Origin: an uncultured bacterium
GTDB lineage: Bacteria; Acidobacteriota; Thermoanaerobaculia; Multivoradales; J023
NCBI GenBank assembly: GCA_965371445.1
Contig: CBDUYN010000009.1
Coordinates: 20,051 to 84,050 of the forward strand
DNA: 64,000 nt
Reading direction: 5' to 3'
Shown here: one piece after another, positions 58,801 to 64,000 of the stretch
Position numbering within the stretch: the first letter of the stretch is position 1
How the letters are laid out: each line of letters starts with the position of its first letter
The notes under the pieces: generated by a model
What the model was told of the DNA's origin: nothing
The model's database searches: none
What the model saw: the letters and a program-made list of their open reading frames with translations, nothing else
Made by a program: the position numbers and the translations under genes

Positions 58801-61800
58801 GGAGACGACCTGGGTTGCCAACAGAGAATGACCGCCGAGCTCGAAGAAATTGTCGTAGATTCCCACCGCCTTGACGTCAAGAACGTCGCTCCAGATCGCA
58901 GCCATGGTGGCTTCTACGAGATTCCGCGGCGCAACGTGGTCTGCCGAGGGTCTCACTCGTACGCCGCCGGTCCGGGCCAGGATGCGGCGGTCCGGCTTGC
59001 CGCTGGGAAGACAAGGAAAATCTTCGACCACCACGAAGGCCGCGGGAATCATGTAGCTCGGCAGGCGCTCGGCCACGAACGCACGCAGCTGCGACTGCGA
59101 CAGGGACGGCATCGGGGGACCGGTGCCGGTTTCGCGTGAACGATCTTCAGCGATGTAGGCTACCAGGTTTCCCTCACCGGTGGCCCCGTACTTGCCGTCG
59201 GCGGATGCCAGGACTACGGCCTCGCGGACCCTGGGATGGCTCAGCAGGGCTGTTTCGATCTCTCCCGGCTCGACGCGATTGCCACGGATCTTGACTTGGT
59301 GATCTATTCGGCCCAGGAATTCGAGCGCTCCGTCGATGCGATAGCGGGCAAGATCACCGGTTCGATAGAGCCGTCCTCGACCCAGGGGATCGGGAATGAA
59401 CTTTTCGGCCGTGAGAGCCGGTCGGGCCTCGTAGCCGCGTGCCAATTGCACTCCACTGATGCAAAGCTCCCCGGCTGCTCCGATCGGAAGCGGTCGAAGC
59501 CTGGTGTCCACGACATGAATTGAGCAGTTGGTGAGCGGCCTCCCGATCGGGATGACGGGCTGGGTCGAGTGCCGATCACACGGCCAGTAGGTGCTGTGGA
59601 TCGTCGCTTCGGTCGGACCGTAGTGATTGTACAATCGAACACCGGCGGGAAGGCGGGTGTGACTCTCGAGCAAAAGCGATGCCGGAAAGGCTTCGCCGCC
59701 GCAGATGATCCGTTGCAGAGCCGTACAATGTCGAGCGCCCGGCTGACGCAGGAAGGCCTGAAGCATCGAGGGGACGAAATTAAGCGTTGTGATCGAATGA
59801 CGCCGGATGAGGTCTACGAGGTAGGCGACGTCACGGCGTTCCTCCGGACGTGCTACGATCAAGCGTGCTCCGGTCGTCAGAGGCCAGAAGATTTCCCTTA
59901 CCGAGACGTCGAAACTAAAGGGCGTCTTCTGTAGTACTCGGTCGCTGGCGGCCAGCCGGTAGCTTTGCTGCACCCAGCGAAGGCAGTTGCTAACCGCCCG
60001 GTGGGTTATGATCGCCCCTTTGGGGCGACCCGTCGAGCCGGACGTATAGATGACGTAGGCCGCGTTGTCTGGCGAGACGCCGCCCCGCGGCTTGTGGCCG
60101 CCGGCGGTAGCGATCGTCGAGGCGCCGGTATCAAGGCGTACGACCTTGAGTCCCTCGCCGAGTGGCAGGTGGGTTGCCAAGTGTTCCTGGATCAGAAGGA
60201 TCCGAATCCCGGAGTCTTCGATCATGAACTGCAATCGTTTCTGGGGATGAGACGGATCTAACGGTACGTAGGCACCGCCGGCCTTGAGAATGCTCAATAG
60301 AGCGGTCACCTGGTCGCGGGAGGGTTCGACGGCAACTCCGACCAGGACCTCTGGGCCCACACCCAACCCCTGGAGATAGGAGGCGAGTTGGTCCGCGCGT
60401 TCCCCGAGCTCGCGGTAGCTTATCTGCACGTCGTCGAAGTCCAACGCCACCGCTTCCGGTGTCCGGACGACTTGATCCTGGAAGAGCTGGTGGAGGCATT
60501 TCTCATCCACGGATCGCAGAGTGTCGTTCCACTCCGCGACTAACTGGTGACGCTCTGCAGCGTCTAGAGTTGGAAGCTCTCCGAGGCGCAGAGTTGGATC
60601 GCTGACGACGCCGTTGAGTAAGCTGACGAAATGTCGAACGAACCGACGTACAGTGGTTGTCTCGTAGAGCTCGGCACTGTACAAGACTTGGCCTTCGAGA
60701 CCCTCAGCCGTCGGTATGATGTCGACGGCAAGGTCGAAATGGGCACGCTGCGAGTCGACGTCGAAGGGTGTTATGGCATATCCCGGCAGGGTGATGCCCC
60801 CCGCCGGGGCGTTGTGCAAATTGAAGGTCACGTCGAAGAGCGGATTACGTCGTGTATCCCGCACGGGTTGAAGCTCTTCGACGAGTTTCTCGAAGGGTAT
60901 ATCCCGGTGAGCATATGCGTCGAGAGCGGTTTCCCGAACTCGTAGCAAGAGCTCGCGAAAACTCGGTTCTCCCGTCAGATCGTTACGCAGGACCAGGGTG
61001 TTGACGAAATAACCGATCAAAGCCTCTAGCTCCTGGCGGTTGCGAGAGGCGATGGGCAGACCTACGAGGATGTCCTCCTGACCTGTTTCTTGATTGAGTA
61101 AGCTCACGAAGGCCGCCAATAGGGTCATGTAGAGGGAGGCGCCCAAGCTCTTCCCGATCCCTTCAAGAAGCATCGTCAATGGGGCTGGAATCTCAATCGG
61201 CTCGACTCGGCCAAAAAAGCTTCTTGCAGCGCCCCGCGGATGGTCGCTCCTGGGCGCTGTCGATCTTGGAGGGTCCGCGAGCTGGGCGCGCCAGTATTTC
61301 AGCTGCTCGTGGAGGCGACCGCTTTGCAACCACTTCAGCTCAGCAACGGCGAAGTCGGCATATTGAAGCGGTAGAGGAGGTAAAGGTGAAAGCGCTCCGC
61401 GACAAAAGGCGCCATAGTGAGCCTCGATCTCGCGCTCTAGGACGGCCTGCGACCAGCCGTCGGAGATGATATGGTGAAGGGTGAGCGAGAGCACGTGCTC
61501 CTCCGCTGCAAGCGCGAGGAGCATCGGCTGTCGGAGGGGGCCGGTTTCAAGGTTCATCACCCGCACGGCCTCCCGGTTGAGGAGCCGGCGGGCCTGCGCC
61601 CTGGCGACGAGCGGCTTGAGAGCTGTCAGGTCTACCTGCGGCAGGGTGATGTTATCGTCAAGGCTGATCACCTGGACCGCTTGGTCCGCGATCTTGAGGA
61701 TGACCGTTCGCAGGGTTTCGTGCCGTTTCACCACGTGGCTCAGGCTTTGCTCCAGAGCGGCCCGGTCGAGCGGGCCCAGCCACCGCCAGGCCATGGGCAC

Positions 61801-62055
61801 GTTGTCGGTTCCCCGGCGAGATGACAACTGGTCGAGGAACCACATACGCATCTGGGCGGACGACGGTGGTGCATGCTTTTTTCGCTGGCCGAGCCGAGCG
61901 ATCAGGCCGGCCTTATTGCGGGTGAGCTCAGCGCGCAGGTCGGCGCCCCAGGCTCCTTTCGGGGCGCGAAAGCGGAGGGTTGACCCTTCGGCCCAGACCT
62001 GGATCCCGCGAGCGAAGAGCTCGCAGAGAATGTCGTCGAGCCGACCTGAGCTCAT
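52894..62055 (-). CDS. NRPS-B, 3053 aa: TubC-N docking domain-C-A-T-C-A(N-methyltransferase)-T-E
   Basis: N-terminal [19 protein letters not shown] docking motif; C motifs HHIISDG and HHIVSDG; two A domains; [12 protein letters not shown] and LNSVTQYLP; T domains GGHSL and GGDSI; E motif [10 protein letters not shown]; no TE. Confidence 0.95.
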   Translation of the reverse strand: MSSGRLDDILCELFARGIQVWAEGSTLRFRAPKGAWGADLRAELTRNKAGLIARLGQRKKHAPPSSAQMRMWFLDQLSSRRGTDNVPMAWRWLGPLDRAALEQSLSHVVKRHETLRTVILKIADQAVQVISLDDNITLPQVDLTALKPLVARAQARRLLNREAVRVMNLETGPLRQPMLLALAAEEHVLSLTLHHIISDGWSQAVLEREIEAHYGAFCRGALSPLPPLPLQYADFAVAELKWLQSGRLHEQLKYWRAQLADPPRSTAPRSDHPRGAARSFFGRVEPIEIPAPLTMLLEGIGKSLGASLYMTLLAAFVSLLNQETGQEDILVGLPIASRNRQELEALIGYFVNTLVLRNDLTGEPSFRELLLRVRETALDAYAHRDIPFEKLVEELQPVRDTRRNPLFDVTFNLHNAPAGGITLPGYAITPFDVDSQRAHFDLAVDIIPTAEGLEGQVLYSAELYETTTVRRFVRHFVSLLNGVVSDPTLRLGELPTLDAAERHQLVAEWNDTLRSVDEKCLHQLFQDQVVRTPEAVALDFDDVQISYRELGERADQLASYLQGLGVGPEVLVGVAVEPSRDQVTALLSILKAGGAYVPLDPSHPQKRLQFMIEDSGIRILLIQEHLATHLPLGEGLKVVRLDTGASTIATAGGHKPRGGVSPDNAAYVIYTSGSTGRPKGAIITHRAVSNCLRWVQQSYRLAASDRVLQKTPFSFDVSVREIFWPLTTGARLIVARPEERRDVAYLVDLIRRHSITTLNFVPSMLQAFLRQPGARHCTALQRIICGGEAFPASLLLESHTRLPAGVRLYNHYGPTEATIHSTYWPCDRHSTQPVIPIGRPLTNCSIHVVDTRLRPLPIGAAGELCISGVQLARGYEARPALTAEKFIPDPLGRGRLYRTGDLARYRIDGALEFLGRIDHQVKIRGNRVEPGEIETALLSHPRVREAVVLASADGKYGATGEGNLVAYIAEDRSRETGTGPPMPSLSQSQLRAFVAERLPSYMIPAAFVVVEDFPCLPSGKPDRRILARTGGVRVRPSADHVAPRNLVEATMAAIWSDVLDVKAVGIYDNFFELGGHSLLATQVVSRVRQDLETELPLRSLFTTPTVARLAEEIERALRQGAAPERPPLVPAERDGLLPLSFAQQRLWFLDQLLPGKAMYNMPASLRLRGAVDLSALEGALQEIVRRHEALRTSFPVHEGEPFQLIFADAELALTVVDLTRHPDTVRRLLTAEALRPFDLRRGPLVRSLLLRLGAQEHVLFLNLHHIVSDGWSQGVLHRELAALYEAFSQGRSSPLPELPIQYADFAVWQREWLAGVAQKSSLEAWSRRFAGLVELKLPTDRPRTVAVTGCRGAAQELAVPAGVAGGLRRLSRRHGASLYMTLLAGFMALLSRLSGQREVVVGSPVANRNYREIEGLIGFFVNMMVMRGSLSESPAEGATDDGSTPSDAPSFSTLLARVRHVVLEGFAFQDVPFDQLARQLSPERDIRLHPLFQVTFALQNTPRSPWTLPGLHIDPFEVEARVARFDLELFMWEQEEALEGSLVYNTDLFDATTAERFISYLSNLLRGAVERPELRLDELPLEAAAERHQLLVEWNDRRVKYPREACLHQLFEAQVERTPEATAVVFDDEALSYRGLDRRANQLAHELRRRGVGPEIHVGVCLERSLAMVVAMLGVLKAGGAYLPLDPESPRERLAFLVQDAGCRIVVSGGTLVECLPEAATALDTEAPYVARNPETKPPEAAAGENAAYLIYTSGSTGEPKGVVNVHRAIAHYLRLIQAAYPLAPQDRTLHKAPSIFDAALREVLWPLTAGARLYLAPPDAHRDPRHLLDFVHQHGITVLGFVPSMLPYFLDELDGRGSTSIHRVICSGEVLPPTLRKRFHQLLPEAHLLNSYGPAEAAVATVTWPVDPRDERPQVPIGRGTPNTSTYLLDARGRSVPLGAVGEIHLAGDQLARGYLGRPRLTAEAFVPNPLGGRLYRTGDLARYRGDGALLFVGRRDLQVKVRGMRVEPGEIEAVLRRHPAVGASAVVVREENGTRQLLAYAVESRAFRTEQQRQQVYLWQQVHENLHRGDAGGIAGGVDRRPAGTGGWNSSFTGQPIPVEEMDEWVLNTVKRILVSEPRRVLEIGCGTGLLLERIAPHGSLYVGTDISSQALGALERRLALSEGHLPHVRLLRKEADDFEGLETTFDTVVLNSVTQYLPSVEYLLRVLSGAVAALEPGGTLFVGDVRSLPLLDAFCALVELYRAPESLTPHELRQWAQWRHRREEELVIDPAFFLALRRALPRIRRVRILPKDGRFHNELNLFRYDVVLHLDEIGGPAPVPETFLRLDWPQVHTREGLRQRLLRQECEAVWLQQIPNARLVTANRLLAQLDKPDGNSTLADLRRALLPAATEGVEPDDLRALGEELSYHVELSWAASRSDGSYDAFLWRSQGRWVGAQPPGAEKPWRAYANDPLHEQTTRVLVPQLREHLRESLPEYMLPASIELLGELPSLPSGKVDRARLSRMSMNLTVSGRHGTADSFVPPRGQVEETLAAIWSEVIGVEPIGTHDNFFELGGDSILSIQVVAKARQLGLQLTPRDIFERQSIAELAQSTPPPEESGREVSADQGLVTGPLPMTPIQQAFFEWDLAEPWHYNQAILLETHRPLKPALVTLTLAHLLHHHDALRLRFVRQEDGWSQHITDPERPVVLSLDLSRLDETNLTRAIEEASAALQASLDLERGPLVRVAWFDLGKQRCGRLLIAVHHLAVDRVSWGILLEDLENVYQQLEKRRSVSLPAKTTSLRAWAQRLLEEPASQELDTWLSFGHPVSPLPVDFTGDLDTAMTTESVPAVLDPEATRLLLQTAPTAASNRIEAVMLTALVQTLAGWTGSRSLLVELERHGREDLFGDVDLSRTVGWFTMTFPVLLELPEESEDEVQAIHQQLEITPRRGIGYGLLRYLSPEPRIRQRMASLPRPEVSLNYMGRLDRILPPRPDPLFDFANESIGPSRSQRGRFRHRLTINGGIVDSRLNLKWTFSRAYYRRSTIEDLIGNFCSRLQALSRPLEETSSSDR

Positions 62056-64000
62056 AGGACGTGTTCCTCGAATTCCTCGCCGTCGATGACGGCTTCGGGT
62101 CTGCTCTCGCGCTGAAGCTCAGCGACGACGTTGGCGAGCTGCGCCACCGTGGGGTGCTCGAAGAGCCGGCGTAGTGGAAGCCGGGTGGCGAAGGTCTGCT
62201 CGACACGCGACTGAACCTGGGTGGCATTCAGGGAATGTCCTCCGAGCTCGAAGAAGTTGTCGTGGATACCGATTCCTTCAAGGCCGAGGACTTCGCTCCA
62301 GATCGAGAGGAGGCGCTTCTCGGTCGAGGTGCGTGGCGGTGCGCTGGGCGGCTCCGCCATCCGCTGGTCGGGAGCCGGCAGACGGCCGCGGTCGACCTTG
62401 CCGCTCGGCGAGAGGGGTAGCTCGTGCAGCAGCACGAATCGTCCTGGTATCATGAAGGAAGGAAGATTCGCTTCGAGGTCGCGCCGTAGCTCGGAGAGTA
62501 GCTGGCGCGACTTCCGGCCGGCGAGCGGGTCGTTGGACCAGGCATGCCAGTCGGGAGCCGGCGCTTTGTCCGCCGCTTCGCGGAGGGTCCCTCGACGGGG
62601 TGCCTCCGGGCGCCAGAACACGATGTCGTAGCGGCCGTCGTGATCGAAGCTGTCGGCGAGCCACTCCAGTGTGGCCCCGGCGCTGCGTGCGAGGTCACGG
62701 AGGACGGCCGGTTCCATGCCGCATTCGGCGGCATTGCGGAGCTCCTCCCGGAGCCCGGCGACGTCGGTCCCGTCCGCGGCTGCCAGGAGCTTCAGAAGGT
62801 GTAGGTCGCGAGCCACCCGGACGTCGGGCAGACGCCGCAGGCCCACCGAGAGCCGCGGGTCTTCTCCGAGCTCTTGGCGCAAGGCCTCCGCCGTGAGCTC
62901 GTCGTGCCAGTCCAGCCAAACGTCGGGCGCAGTGCGGCCGCCGGCGACTCCTGCGGAGCCGCCGCCGTCGATGCGCAGGACGACGTCGTAGCGGAAACAG
63001 TTCATTTCGTTGCGAGCCCTCCCGAGCTTGGGAGCGAGGCGGACTTCGCAGATGCGCGGGAACCGTTGCGGCAGGGCAGTAAAGAGCTTCGGGTGAAGCA
63101 GGAGCTCCTTCTCGAGCTGGCGGCGCCCCGCGATGCGCTCGCGCAGCTCGTCGATTCCCAGCGAAGGATCTGCCCGGGCGAGCTCGGCGGCGGCGCAGAA
63201 GGCCTCGTGGAGTGGCAGGCTCCGCACGTCGCCCAAAAGGAGGGTGCCGCCAGGAGCGGTCGCGTTGACCGCCACCTCCAAGACGTCGAGCAGGTAGTCG
63301 ACGCTGGGGAAATACTGGGCCACGGAGTTCAAGATGACGAGGTCGAAGGCCTCGCGGTCGATGCCGGCGGCATCGTCCGCGCTCTGGCAGCGCAGCTCCA
63401 CCTGGGAGAGGTCGTGTCCGCCTGATCTGAGCTCGGCAGAGAGGCGATCGATGACCACCGGGGAGAAGTCGCTACCGAGGTAGCGGGTCGTCCGGGGAGC
63501 CAGCCGCCAGAGGAGCAGCCCGGCTCCGCAGCCGATTTCGAGGACGGTCTCGGGTGAGCCGGCCGGCGCGTCAAGGATACGTTCCACCGTCTCATCGACC
63601 CATTCGACCATCTCCTCTTCCGGAATCGTCTGCCCGGTGAGGCTGCTGGCCCAGCCCGTGACGTCGAATGTCGCGTCTGGCGGGGACTCTGCGGAATACA
63701 GGTCGTCATAGACGGTTCGCCACGACGTGACCTGTTCGTCCACCGACCGTTCGAGGCCCTCGGCGGCGTCCATCGGCACGACGTAGGCCACGAGTTGGGT
63801 GTCGGTGTCGTCCGGGTCGTCATGGCGAGCCCCAAAAGTGTCCACGACAGCTTGGCGTACCGCGGAATTCTTGGCCAGAGCGGCTTCGACCTCGCCCAGC
63901 TCGATTCGGAACCCGCGGATCTTGACCTGGGTGTCGATCCTGCCGAGGAAGTCGATTCTGCCGTCAGGGAGGCGACGGACGAGGTCGCCGGTCTTGTACA
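62052..64000 (-). CDS. NRPS-C, 3' part only (A-domain end, N-methyltransferase, T, acidic docking tail); runs off the window edge
   Basis: YKTGDL...[18 protein letters not shown] at the edge, [12 protein letters not shown] and [20 protein letters not shown], and C-terminal EEFEEHVL; ATGA overlap with NRPS-B. Confidence 0.93.
   Translation of the reverse strand, partial: YKTGDLVRRLPDGRIDFLGRIDTQVKIRGFRIELGEVEAALAKNSAVRQAVVDTFGARHDDPDDTDTQLVAYVVPMDAAEGLERSVDEQVTSWRTVYDDLYSAESPPDATFDVTGWASSLTGQTIPEEEMVEWVDETVERILDAPAGSPETVLEIGCGAGLLLWRLAPRTTRYLGSDFSPVVIDRLSAELRSGGHDLSQVELRCQSADDAAGIDREAFDLVILNSVAQYFPSVDYLLDVLEVAVNATAPGGTLLLGDVRSLPLHEAFCAAAELARADPSLGIDELRERIAGRRQLEKELLLHPKLFTALPQRFPRICEVRLAPKLGRARNEMNCFRYDVVLRIDGGGSAGVAGGRTAPDVWLDWHDELTAEALRQELGEDPRLSVGLRRLPDVRVARDLHLLKLLAAADGTDVAGLREELRNAAECGMEPAVLRDLARSAGATLEWLADSFDHDGRYDIVFWRPEAPRRGTLREAADKAPAPDWHAWSNDPLAGRKSRQLLSELRRDLEANLPSFMIPGRFVLLHELPLSPSGKVDRGRLPAPDQRMAEPPSAPPRTSTEKRLLSIWSEVLGLEGIGIHDNFFELGGHSLNATQVQSRVEQTFATRLPLRRLFEHPTVAQLANVVAELQRESRPEAVIDGEEFEEHVL

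Overview
High-GC bacterial DNA. The gene families present (ADOP-type permease, ECF sigma/FecR/TonB set, kinase-TPR receptor, large NRPSs) suggest Acidobacteriota, possibly Thermoanaerobaculia; this is an inference. The window has four parts. (1) 2.1-18.9 kb: a defence island between an ECF sigma-FecR pair and a convergent STN-type TonB-dependent receptor. It holds a rearranged type 2 BREX/Pgl locus: an uncharacterised first gene, 3'-broken pglW, 5'-broken pglY, pglZ, brxD and a 5'-broken brxHI-like helicase fused to a DEDDy 3'-5' exonuclease. No pglX is present; a lower-GC cassette (vsr, GHKL ATPase-PD-(D/E)xK nuclease, C5 methyltransferase) occupies its slot, and hicB-hicA' lies before brxHI. 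(2) 19-27 kb: mostly ordinary secreted or housekeeping genes. (3) 27.3-32.4 kb: gene fragments and repeats, including a 42-bp array, an att-like structure, a truncated permease between perfect 28-bp direct repeats, and REP-like hairpins. (4) 33.6-64 kb: an NRPS cluster. NRPS-A is A-T-C-A-T-C-T-E-C-A-T-C-A-T-TE (one A-less module), NRPS-B is dock-C-A-T-C-A(NMT)-T-E with no TE, and NRPS-C is partial. A Ser/Thr kinase-cyclase-like-TPR membrane receptor sits between NRPS-A and NRPS-B. The many abrupt gene junctions may be real decay or assembly chimerism, which cannot be resolved without reads. All calls come from motif recognition by eye; no searches were run.
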